Assembly (NCBI GenBank): GCA_010093815.1
Contig: ML996595.1
DNA from: Pseudovirgaria hyperparasitica
Lineage: Eukaryota
DNA length: 64,000 bases
Direction: 5' to 3' (one strand)
Shown: positions 26,621 to 37,738 of the stretch, piece by piece
Layout: each line of letters opens with the position of its first letter
Numbering within the stretch: position 1 is the stretch's first letter
Notes under the pieces: generated by a model
What the model was told of the DNA's origin: nothing
The model's input: the letters and a program-made list of their open reading frames with translations, nothing else
The model's database searches: none
Translations under genes and position numbers: made by a program

Positions 26621-26992
26621 TGTAGAAGGCCGCTCCTACAGCCCCACATGTATATGTCCCTAGCTTGGTTATATAGCTTTATTATATATTTAAGGAGGGC
26701 GTTTTCCTTGGTCATTCTACTCGGGGCGCTTCCCCTATTACTAATATTCGACTATTTGACCTTTCCTTACGTTCATAGGCCTCTATAGGTATTAATTATT
26801 AGGCTTAGCTATTAAAGAATTAATTAAGAGTATTATATAGACCCATCCTATTATAAAAGAGAACTAATAAGAAGTTATACGTTCAAAGAGAACTTATAAT
26901 ACCTGGGAGAGATACTTGTAAGTTCGTCGCGACTACTATACTAGGAACACAGCCATTTACAAAAGGGACACACGTAGTAATAGCTTACCACA
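26621..26992 (+). repeat. 3' LTR of element C
   Basis: Direct repeat of 15566-15937; ends ...TTACCACA. Confidence 0.97.
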
Positions 26993-28113
26993 CTATATAA
27001 GTCCGTTTAAAGTAAACTTTAGTTAGAACTATAATATATAGTTCTTAGAAACTTAGTTTAAAGTAGAATAACCTAATATTAAAGTAATAGAAATTACTAT
27101 AGAACTATTCTAAACGTAAAGAAGTATTATAAAGTTACTATAAGATACTACGGATTATAGTAAATCATACTATAATAAGGGTAGAAAACCTATAATCTTT
27201 AATATTAGAGAAAAAGTTTTACTAAATAGTAAGAATATTTATAGTATTAGACTAAAGAAGAAGCTTAACTATATAATAATAGATCTATATAAGATTACTC
27301 GTATAATTAATAACTAGATATATAAGTTATAACTCCCTTCTATATTAAAGATATATAATATATTCTATATTATACTCCTTAAGCTATTTTATACCTTATT
27401 ATTATTAGATTATTCTAAATAGATACTATATAAAGTAGTTATATAAGAAGGGATAGATATCTATAAAGTTAAGTAGATACTTAGCTAGTAACGCGCTAAA
27501 GATAGTACGTAGCTATATAAAATTTATTAGAAAGGATATAATTCTAATAAAGATACTTAGAAATCTATAATAAATATTAGTAAAGTAGTAATATTAGTAT
27601 ATAAGTAGTAATTAGTAAAGGAAGCTATAGAATTATAGAGAATTATACTAAAGTATAGCGATTTAATATTTTTTAGTATAGTTTAGTACTAAGGACGGCC
27701 GCCTAAAAGAAAGAAGATAAAAGAGATATAGATCTTTAAAACATTCTAAGGAATTAAGGAACTTCCTTAGAAAAGTTTAAACTTAGAACTCCCTTAGAAA
27801 GTTTAAACTTAGAACTTTAAAAAATTTAACTAAATAAGAGACTTAAAAAAATAATTTACTAAGAGAAATAGATATCGAAAATTAGTACTAATTAGTATAG
27901 ATTAATATAGATTACTAAAGAGATTAAAGAAGTTATTATTAAAGAAAGATAAAATTAAGAAAGCTAAAAGAAAATATAAAGATCTATATAGATCTATATA
28001 AACTTATACTAATCTATCTAGAAGAAGTAAGATTACTTTAAAATTAAAACTAAAAACTAAAAACGCTAGATAAAAGAAATATATTAGTACTAATTAGTAT
28101 AGATCTAAACTAA

Positions 28114-29008
28114 TTAAGTCAGAGTAGAAGTAGAAGTACTAATTACCACAATAATTATATCTAATTCCTTCCACTAGTTCTTATTTAGTATAGTATAGAG
28201 CTTTATAATATAAGTCTCTAGTCTTTCGTTCCGATACTATAAATTCTATATAGCGCGCCTTATAGCTATAAACTCCTCTATAGAAATCTATAGAGTAGTA
28301 GAACCTAGGATAGAGAGAGACGGACCGGTGTAGGCACGCTAGGAATTATATAAATTAGTAAAAAGATTTAATAATTAGTATAGAACTATATACCTTTAGT
28401 ATAGAAACTTCTAGATTAGAGCTATCTTCCCTAAATTTATAGCTCTTTAGTACACATAAGAAAAGAACCTTAGCCTTTTTACTAGAACCTTTTCTAGAAA
28501 TTTTAATATCGCTAGTATATAGAAAGAAGTCTAAAGTAGTAGAGATTTTAGTACTATTATAGAGATTAATATATATTAGTAAGAATCTATAATAATTTAA
28601 GAAAAACGATATTACCTAGTAATCACAGTAATAATAGCTATAGTAGATTCTAATAAATCCTTATAGATGATATTAGAATTATACTCCTAGGCGTAACCCT
28701 TACCTTAGATATATAGCTTATAGAAAGCCTTCTCTAAGACATTACAATTAGTAGTACTATACTTCTTATTAGTAGAGGTTACTAGAGGCCTAGTAGTAAT
28801 CTATACTAATATAAGTAAATCTATATAAAGTTCTTTAAACTTATTTAAATATCTATAAGTAATAACGCTTCTTAGTTATATAAGTACTATATATTATAGA
28901 TTTAGTACCGCTATAAGTAATATATAATAGAAAGCGATAACTATAATAATATATAGCTAGATTATTAGAGCCTAGCCTAGGTTAGGGTAGATTAATAGCT
29001 TTTAATAT
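28114..29008 (-). pseudogene. Second copy of the antisense accessory gene, in element A
   Basis: 895-bp reverse-complement counterpart of 7395-8289. Confidence 0.7.
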
Positions 29009-29731
29009 ATTAGTAATATATATAAGATAGGGATTATTTAAAGGCGTCTATTTCTATACTAATTACTTTAGAGTATCGAGATTTTAGGAAATTATATTAT
29101 AATTATTACTAATTTATATAGATTATTATAGATTATTATTATTACTAGCTAAATATAGTATTAAAATTAGTAAATTATATAAATTATACTAAATTATAGT
29201 AAATCTATATAAATCTATATCTATAAGGATCGGGTAATATATCTAATAATCTAAAAAACTCTATAAAGAGTTAAGAAGTTTTTTAAAGAAAGGAATATTT
29301 CTAAGAAAAGATTTTAATATAGATAGTATCTAGACTTATCTAATTATATTACGTAATACGCTAGGCCTAATTAGATAATCTTATCTATATAAGAATTTAA
29401 GATAGATAAAATCTAGTTTATTAGGAAAATACTTATATAAATCTTAGATTAGTAAATATTAGTAAATATCTAAGATAAAGTATAGAGAAAGACTAAGGTC
29501 TTATAAGACTTAGAATAGAGATATAGAGATAGATAATAATCTAGATTACTAAGGGTAGCTTTCTAAAGGAAGGGGATAATTATTAGAACTTAGCTTTAGA
29601 TATAATCTAATCTATATATATCTTAGCTAATAGGGTTAGAAGGTAGCGTAAAGGGCGGTAAATAGTTACGTACTAGATAGATTAGTATCCCTTTATATAT
29701 ATACTCTTAGATTCCTACTAAAAGGGTTTAG

Positions 29732-29883
29732 TATAAGGAGGCGGGCTCCACGCACTAACCAACTACACCAAAAGGACCGAATCTTAAAGCTACTACTTCA
29801 AGGGTGGAGCACACTACTTATATACGACTGCTACACACATGTATAATCAACTAGCAGGCCACGTGCTCCTCACGTGCCTAACA
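29732..29883. mobile_element. 152-bp solo LTR inserted in the 3' LTR of A
   Basis: T(A/G)TAAGG...CCTAACA flanked by TSD TTTAG (29727-29731, 29884-29888); removing it and one TSD restores the 228-bp LTR. Confidence 0.88.
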
Positions 29884-32800
29884 TTTAGTAGTAATTTATT
29901 CTATAATAGAATATACTCTATTATTCTATCTAACTATACTACTATCTAATAACTCTATTCTTATAATATACGAAGGCTACTTAGACTTTAATAAGGTTAA
30001 ATTCCTCTATAGAATCTACTTATAGAGAGTTTAGTACTATATTTAAGCTAGGTATAATTAGAAACGCCTTTAAGAAGACTAGGTTAATTCCTTTTAATCC
30101 TAATATTATATTAGATTAGATATATACTAAAATAGATATTAAGGTATCTATAAACCTATTAGTAACTCTATTAATACTATACTTACCTAAATCTTATTAC
30201 TAGTTACTCTAGAAAATAGATAAACTATAGTAGAAGAGTAGGTTTACTAAAGCTAATTAGAAACTATAGAGTAAACTATTTAAATTAATATACGTACTCT
30301 CTATTAAGTATAAACTCTATTATTTAAATAAATTATATAATAATTAATAAGTAGCTATTAATTATACTAGATATAACCCTTCTATAAAGAAGAGTATTAG
30401 TAAATATAGTCCTTTTAACGTAAGAGACTCTAGGGTTACTATTATAAAGAAGTGTACGAGTACTATTAGGAGAGATATATAGAGGGCGGCTAGAGAGACT
30501 TAAAAATAGGCTATAGAAGTATCTACTACTAAGGAATATAACTAGAACACGAGTACTTAACTCCTAGATAACTAGAAAGAAGTTAATAAGTAATAAATAT
30601 ATAGTATTAGCTATATAGATGTTGCTATCTTCATTTTATATATATATTATACCGTTAAAGTGTATATGTACGTTCAAGTCGGGAGCACTTCGGAGGTTAC
30701 AACTCCGAAGTGCGTGGGACGGGTACACAAACATACCCTTCTCCGACTGCCTTGGATCAGCCTCAACGCGTTATCTTGGCTCATATTAGATCGGTCAGCG
30801 GAGTAATAAAGTAGTAGCACTCACTCGCCATAACCTGCAGTAGGTAACCAAACCCTAAAAGCTCGTCTGGTAATCTACCCCGGCGAAACATGCACGAAAA
30901 AACAGCAAATGCCAGCAAAACATAGTAAAGAGAGGAGAAGTTTTGGCCAGTCGCTGGTGTATCATGAGCTGGTGAATGAATAGCAGACCCAGGAGGTTAC
31001 GAATCTGGCGGTTGATGCCCTAGCATTATTGGCAGCAGGAACATCTCAAAAAGCTGTTGTAGTCATGAATTTATATCATACTTAGGTCCAATATATTGCA
31101 ATGTTGTTTGAGGTCTAGCTCCTGTTTGATACTATGGACGTATGATGCTCATTGTAGGAGGTTGGATGGAAGCTGATGGACTAACCAGATGTGTTATTGA
31201 CCGGGATATTCGTTCAAAGTCATGTCATCATTATATGAAGCCTGCTCATTCAGGAATGCGGAGTTTTGATAACAGATACGCTCAGCGCGGCCATTGCATA
31301 AACGAGAAAAAGATCAAGTAAAGCAACAAAATGTATGAACCAGAGTCAAGTCAATTAGGCTCAGCCTAGACTGCCTGGGATATTATCGCATAGCTGAGAG
31401 ATCTATGTGTCCGATCAACAACGAGAATCTTCGTAGCCTGTGTCAAGCCCAAAAACCACCAGATCTTTCACGCACTTCCTCATCCCCATAAGTCGCTCTT
31501 CAGAGTCCTCGGGATGGTTTTTGCGCACACATGCTCTTTTGTCCACTGGAATCCACCAGAATAAATTACCATAGAGCTAGGTGTTCTTTTGCCGCAAACT
31601 CTTTGTCTAGAATGGTGTTGGACAGGGCACTTCCCCCGTGATAGAGGATACTATCTTTAAGTAGCAGTACAAAGAGACTCCCATGAGGTCCAATCGGTAG
31701 CGGAGATATAGACGAGGAAAGAATTGCGAAGGCTTCACCGGGTCGAGGTAAATGAAAGTTTCAGTGAGAACTAACATCCCATGGGTATATGAGCATGCTG
31801 CAACTGGACTTATGACTATATTTGTGAACATAACTTGCTGCTAAGGTGGAACGTCTCAATCCTAGACTTGCGGTCAAAGACAGCGAGTGTAAAAGGATAG
31901 ATAGAACCCAGGAGACTGCTATACGGGGGCTGCGCAAAGTCAACCTGCTCCGCTCTTGAACAACGACTGCCAACCTAGGATTTGCGTGTTGTTGTCGCAT
32001 GAATTTAGATGAACACTATGAGATCTATCGAAAAAAATCTACTTCGTTAGGATCCATACCCGAAGCATTTCGCGAAATCATGAAAAATGAGTCGATACTG
32101 AAGGCAATCTCTTGACACTGGGACTAGTAAGCAAAGGTTTGTCGACGCAGACAAGCAGTATACTTCTCTACAACATTCACTACAAAGGGTATCAGCCCGG
32201 GGTAACCGCATCCCTAGCATGATATCGAGTGGGATTCCTCGTATCTCGATGATCACCCTTAGTAGGATGCCAGATATCGCTTGAACTCAATTGACTATCT
32301 TTTTGATCCTGATAAGTATAAGAAGCTGGTAACCATTAACAAGAACGAAGGCTTCGTCGCTCGCAACATGCACGCCTACATCAGACTTCGTAGTCATTCT
32401 TCTTCGTTGTCCTGCTCGCACAAACTAGCTATATCTCTCGTACCCGCATCTAGTATCTGCGAGTGTAGCACCCGACCAAGCATGCTCGAGCGTTGACAGA
32501 ACTCCTGAGTAGAAAATCCTTACTGTAGATAGCGGGCTACTGGGAGTGTTTCCGACTCCTGGTAGACCTATACGATCTTCTATGGATCTGTAAAGTTCTC
32601 CAATCATCACATGGGCTAATTCATTCTCATCTGGACGATCCTTACAAGTTTGGGCCTCATTGTGCCGAAAGCGTAAGGTTTACAGATGCGGTATCGCAGG
32701 AGCTATGAGCTTACTTCCGATCTTCCTTCAGCTTGTTCGTATTCGTAATAGCCAATGCTCCGAAGGTCGTCCAGCATTTTGTGTGCAGCCAGGGCATGTA

Positions 32801-33103
32801 CAGGCGAAGTGTGCTTTACGAAGAATACTACTAGTGTAGCAATTTAGAGACGAGAAGGATAGCAGCTATGTTACACGTGAACTACGGTGTGTGAACTGCG
32901 CCTTGGACTCTCTTGACAGTAATATTGGCTCGATTTGTAAAGTATCTGCTTCCTGTCGATCATTCGTCTTGGAGTCCTAGTCGTCTTATTTGCTTCTCAA
33001 ACTTAGCTGCTACTGCTGCGCGCACATATCTCGAGATATAGCTGACGTGTTCGCATCCTGCATGTATATATCGCTAGAGGTGTGGATGTCCTTCTACATA
33101 ACC

Positions 33104-34051
33104 TCATTGCTGAACGTTTGACAGAACGTGTGACATTCCAGACTTGTCTTCCATTTCTCTACGCTCACAGATGCCTCTCCAGCCTTTCTTGACAACGTCG
33201 ACGGAAGTTTCGTCGAGTAAAAGCTCCTGTGCCTTTTGGATATCTACAAGAACTGCGGTATACCAAGCTTCTTCCGAGTCTACACCTGTATGCTCCATTC
33301 GAGGAGGGTTGTACTTTTCAGGTTCCATCGCGATGCGCTCTTCGATCGTCAAGGAATGTGACATAGGCTTTGCATGCTTATAAACTTTCTTGTCGGAACT
33401 TTGCGTATCAAGCTCATGTTGTAAGTTTGGTGGAAGTGTTTCGGCGATGTACCAGAACAAAATATACTGGGCCTGCGGCCGACTCGGGTGCAGAGGTATC
33501 AATTCCGTCCAGACAGCATCTAGTGACCACTTGACCACGATGTCATGTCCGTCTTGCTTGATGATCCCAAAATCTTGGTCATCATCCGTGCAGTCATCAG
33601 CATGTGTCTGCTTATGAGGCCAAGCACCTCCGATCAAACGCGCTCGATATCCACTCTCTTCCCATGCTTCTCGTACAGCTGTGCGCTCCAGCGACTCTCC
33701 AGAGTTTTTGCGGCCCTTCGGGAGGAAATAGTATTTATCCCGTGTGTGGTAGCAAAGAACGACGCGTTTTGATGCGATGTGGAAGATTGCAGCGCCTGCA
33801 CTGATGGTCGTGTTCTCGGAAGGAAATCGTGCTCGAACAGCTGTTGAAGGCGCAGGACAGTCTGAGAGTTGAGAGTCTCCGGTATTAGAGCCTGTTGCCA
33901 GCCCTTGGCCTTCTGTCCGATTTCTGGAGGACCGCGCAGGTTTAAAACTGAGGCGAGGTAGATGCATTCCAAGGTTGTGCCTAGTAGGTAAGTTGGTATC
34001 CCTAGAGTTCGTCTTGGCAGGACCTTTTAAAGGTTTCATTTGAGTTGGCAT
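33104..34051 (-). CDS. NUDIX hydrolase
   Basis: Nudix box LPKGRKNSGESLERTAVREAWEESG; first true ATG at 34051 (track ORF starts at a non-ATG codon); start uncertain. Confidence 0.88.
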   Translation of the reverse strand: MPTQMKPLKGPAKTNSRDTNLPTRHNLGMHLPRLSFKPARSSRNRTEGQGLATGSNTGDSQLSDCPAPSTAVRARFPSENTTISAGAAIFHIASKRVVLCYHTRDKYYFLPKGRKNSGESLERTAVREAWEESGYRARLIGGAWPHKQTHADDCTDDDQDFGIIKQDGHDIVVKWSLDAVWTELIPLHPSRPQAQYILFWYIAETLPPNLQHELDTQSSDKKVYKHAKPMSHSLTIEERIAMEPEKYNPPRMEHTGVDSEEAWYTAVLVDIQKAQELLLDETSVDVVKKGWRGICERREMEDKSGMSHVLSNVQQ

Positions 34052-34112
34052 AGCAGATGAAGATTCGGTGTGAGCCAGCGAATAACAAGCCCTCCCTGGT
34101 AATTTGTTTATT

Positions 34113-34913
34113 TCATGAGCTCGTTCCACTATCAAACTGCAGTGGTACACCGATGCTCCAAGATCGTGGATACTCCATTCCCCACTGCTTCATCACCAGC
34201 GTCAGCTCCTTCTTTGTACCGGGTATACAGTTCACGAATATTCTATCACTATGACTAGCAGGCTCTGAATGTACAGCGCCTTGATTTGGCCCAACTCTAA
34301 AGAAAATACACCCCCGGGCCGGAGCCTGTACGATACTATTACTTGCCAATGCCTTTGCAAGCCTTTTCCGCGTTGATTCTGCCACATCTGCACATCCTAG
34401 GCAGCGAATCGACGTACATGAATGAGGTACGGCTTCCTGTTCACAAAGAGCTCTGGTCTCTCGCTGGACCGATCTAGCCACAGAGCTGTCCTCTACAAAC
34501 AGGGTGCCAGGGCCCAGCAGAGTTGCGGCCAGTTTCCACTGTGCCTCTGACCTGGGATACTCTTGAGTGTTGCCTGGAAATCGGAAGAACTCGTCATCTG
34601 TATGCCATCGCGGAATATCATAGTCATGGGAGCCTCTTGTTGCGCGTATTGTGAGCCAGTAGGTCTCAATGCCGGCGTCCGAAAAAAAGGTATTGATGTA
34701 ACGGAGGAGTCGGGTCAGAGGGTTTGCGAGGTCACCGCAAACGCTTGCTTTCGCCCAAGCATGGAAAGAGTAGGGAAGGTCATTGTATTCGTCTGGAAGA
34801 AGAGGACCACAGTGGGTCCAAGAGGCTGTGAGCCTCACGGTGAGAAGAGGAACATTCTGATCGTTGTCGTAATTTAGGAGTTGGAAATCAGGTAATGACT
34901 GTACCATAGACAT
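34113..34913 (-). CDS. Putative 2OG-Fe(II) oxygenase-fold protein (DUF1826-like)
   Basis: 266-aa intronless ORF with PRWHTD (HxD), LLGPGT, AVHSEP and a downstream R. Confidence 0.7.
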   Translation of the reverse strand: MSMVQSLPDFQLLNYDNDQNVPLLTVRLTASWTHCGPLLPDEYNDLPYSFHAWAKASVCGDLANPLTRLLRYINTFFSDAGIETYWLTIRATRGSHDYDIPRWHTDDEFFRFPGNTQEYPRSEAQWKLAATLLGPGTLFVEDSSVARSVQRETRALCEQEAVPHSCTSIRCLGCADVAESTRKRLAKALASNSIVQAPARGCIFFRVGPNQGAVHSEPASHSDRIFVNCIPGTKKELTLVMKQWGMEYPRSWSIGVPLQFDSGTSS

Positions 34914-35137
34914 TTAGCAGGTCTAGGTGAACGGCACTGATAAGCGAAATCTTTTTGCCCGCCATCATTAGGGGAATCCGTATATTATGACTGATGCCTC
35001 GTCGCGCCGACTGCCGAGGTTTGGATCTATAATTTATGCCAAGACACTAACAAGTGGCCCCAGGTCATTCCAAGATCGAAAACACAAATCTGATAAGGTA
35101 ATAATGAATCTCATAGCTCCTCCCCCCATTTCAACTG

Positions 35138-35212
35138 CTTCTTCTTCTTCTTCTTCTTCTTCTTCTTCTTCTTCTTCTTCTTCTTCTTCTTCTTCTTCTT
35201 CTTCTTCTTCTT

Positions 35213-35242
<30 letters not shown>
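35138..35242. repeat. (CTT)35 microsatellite
   Basis: Pure 105-bp trinucleotide run. Confidence 0.99.
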
Positions 35243-35244
<2 letters not shown>

Positions 35245-37738
35245 ACCCTATAGCGGCATAAGCCATCGCCTTCATCGCATGCCTCCACAAAATCAGAAGC
35301 CGAGCCAGCCAACGCGAACTCGGATGGCGCTTATGAAACTCTACACATGAAAATGACTTACTTCCACGCCAAGGAGGCTTCGAAACGTGTCTATCAGCTT
35401 CATCCAGCATAACCACATGGCTGCCCTTTATAATCCAATTGATATCCCTCTCGCACACTGGAAAGGTATCCAATAGTACGATAAAACACATCAGCTTCGA
35501 GACTACTTTATCGGCGAAGTCTCATGGGTCGCATTCTAACAGAGGTTCATACGCTACATAGTTTTTCCTTATTGACTTGACTCGTGCTTATTATATGTCT
35601 CTAATTCTATATTCTTAGACCGTCTTCTTCGGACTTGCGTTCGACATTCATAGAGTCCTCCCGTTCTTACTATTGGTGGTGATTTTCGTTCTATAGGTAC
35701 TACCATGGCCTTCTACTTTAACGAATATCTATCACTTCCTGCTCTCGCAAGGATTGTATACTATGATTGACTGTTCAGCCCTTATGGCTTACGCTAAAGC
35801 GTCTATTTTGCCAGACCCTTGCACTTAGTATCGTAGTCCTTAGTAGTAGCATTGGTGGTATCATTCTAAGGTTATTCATATACCCAGCGGGTTGGTCTCG
35901 GTGGGCTAATCAGAAGTATCTCCTTGGACTTTTTCCGCTAATAGGCCCATCGCTGCGGTTCCGGGAAGCTACGCGATATCTTCCTAAAACGAGGACCGCA
36001 TGCGAAGGAGTGCATGATACCATCGGACAATATATCGTTCATGTTGACGGCATTGGGTGCTTAGACTTATGGCTTTATACTTCTCTCCCGGAGTTACATG
36101 GCTGCTAAAATAGCATACCATGAAGTTGATAAGAATATGGAATATGATAAGTAATTCTATTGCCATAGTTGTTGAAGGCGTAAGGTACGTGGAGATAGCA
36201 CATAAGCAGGTTAATAAATCTTTAATGTGATGCCCAATCTAGCTACTTCCGCCGTATATATTCTTGCTTTCTCGTGAATCACGTAGGCCGCTATGGTAAT
36301 ACTACCTAAGTAGGTACTCATGGTCCTGATGACTACTATGTCTCCGCTGGGTACATGGATCCTAGTCTGCTACTCTATGCCTAATACAGCACTATTTGTC
36401 GCGCTGTTAGGCTTCTTACCGTGGTGCTTTCAGGACTATGTCACCATTTCAAATGGTACGTATGTCTATGCCAAGACTGGGAGAGTATGACGAGTGGGTG
36501 GAGGAACGTTCGCAGTCAGTGTCATTAGAGCTCTCTCATCTGCAGTTGAATAGGATGCCAGCTTCAGAGCGTTGATGAAGGCGATTACGTTAGGTTCGTA
36601 GTATCTCTATACACTCTGGTGTTGTTTTCTGTAGGTTCTAAATGTAGCTGATACAACGACTTAATCTCGATAAGATACACAATCAATACGTCCTCTCAAC
36701 TCGAAGGTTTGTGAGTTCCGATTCAGATTGGAACTCCATTAAGTTTAAACATCATTACATTATAGTTCTTCCGGTATTACCTTACGCTGTTTACGTTTCT
36801 AATCACTGTGAAAGCAGCGCGCTTGTGCTCTAATGATGAGCGTTTGAAAGGCCACCGGTTCATTAGGTGGTTGTCTGTGACATCCCACGAGGTGATCGAA
36901 TTCGAGGCTTAGCGTTCCCTACGAAGTTAGGAAATTGCAAACATGCTCACCTTGATGACCAGCCTCATCTGTACTTCGTCGGACGTGAAGAGCCAAAATT
37001 TGGGATCAGAAAAAATCTACCTCTATATGATAGTCTATACAATATAATACCTATATAGACTTATAGGGTATAATAGGTTGATCCATCCTATATACCTTTC
37101 TAGACCCTTAAATTCAGTCTATAATAAGAGGGTCTGATCCTTAGGGAAGAGGAAGAGAGAAGGTTTTTCCAGAATGCTATCCGGATCGTATCTTTGGCAC
37201 GGGCCATCTTCTAAGAACTTCAAAGAAATTTTTAGAAATTCTTCTCTATCTCTCTAAAGAGACTTTATAATAATAACATAAACTTATAGAAGAATGAAGA
37301 TGCATCTAAAATTTATCAAATCTACTCTTAGTACTGTTATATACCTTGGTATAGACGTAAAAGTAGAAAGAGCTCTGGTTAGGAAAATGGAGTGAGGTTC
37401 TCAGAGACTCAGGTTTACAACCCCTAACTGCTTTCATGGATCCATCCCCACTTCGGCCTCGCACCTCCAAACTAGTTTCATCTCCTCTTTCGGACCCCAG
37501 AGTTGATCATCGATCTAGCGACGTCGACATCTAATATGGTGGGATCTGCACTGCCTTCGTGATGCCAAGTCACAGGCTTTGTGACACCCTCGCCACCTGG
37601 AAACTTCTAAACTACGTGGCGCGCATGAATAAGCGGCGAAGTGCGAGGATACGACGCATTGCAATTTGCTGCTCAATCCTGGACCTTTGTATCTCAAAGT
37701 GACGTAGATGAGACTTTCGGGGCTAGAAAAGAGATCGG

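Larger units (their letters stand above)
15566..26992 (+). mobile_element. Large Ty3/Gypsy element C (11,427 bp) inserted in the integrase of A; single-frame gag-pol plus extra 3' ORF
   Basis: 372-bp LTRs TGT..ACA at 15566-15937 and 26621-26992; 4-bp TSD CTAT at 15562-15565 / 26993-26996, confirmed against the uninterrupted site in B at ~9380; PPT GGGCCGGGGAGG before 26621. Confidence 0.96.
3579..29965 (+). mobile_element. Chromovirus (Ty3/Gypsy) element A, full length (~7.4 kb without inserts), host of three nested insertions
   Basis: 228-bp LTRs at 3579-3806 and 29581-29965 (interrupted); TSD ATACG 3574-3578 / ATATA 29966-29970; gag with CCHC at ~5090-5133; AAAAAAG then gag stop at ~5145-5154; protease LIDTG ~5295; RT YLDD 6312-6323; RNaseH/integrase at 14000-15565 and 27000-27400; chromodomain YEVE.IL...Y..HWKGY...DTWEP ~27455-27580; PPT ~29565-29580. 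Confidence 0.95.
1..30720. other. AT-rich, RIP-mutated transposon block
   Basis: Strong TpA excess and near absence of CpA/TpG; almost no ORFs in the track; TE reading frames broken by TAA/TAG where CAA/CAG/TGG are expected; abrupt return to balanced composition at ~30,660-30,730. Confidence 0.97.
3031..30723 (+). mobile_element. pogo/Fot1 (Tc1-mariner, DDE_1) DNA transposon, split by element A; transposase remnants at 3031-3578 and 29971-~30600
   Basis: De-RIPped IYNMDETGF (~3061-3087), ECISADG..LPP, SESGY.NDQLAL.W, LILDG, LPSHSSHILQPLDV; the frame resumes after A as ..REGCLDFNKVEF..IRNAFKKTGLIPFNP; candidate right TIR ...GTGGGACGGG followed by TA (30724-30725); left end outside the window. 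Confidence 0.85.

Noticed and set aside
15565..26788. Short track ORFs within the TE block (15565, 17968, 19692, 21451, 22510, 26603; also 1726)
   Set aside because: Chance frames in LTRs or antisense strands, or stop-free fragments of RIPped gag/pol; not independent genes
34987..35491. Poly-Ser (+) and poly-Lys (-) ORFs
   Set aside because: Translation artefacts of the (CTT)35 microsatellite
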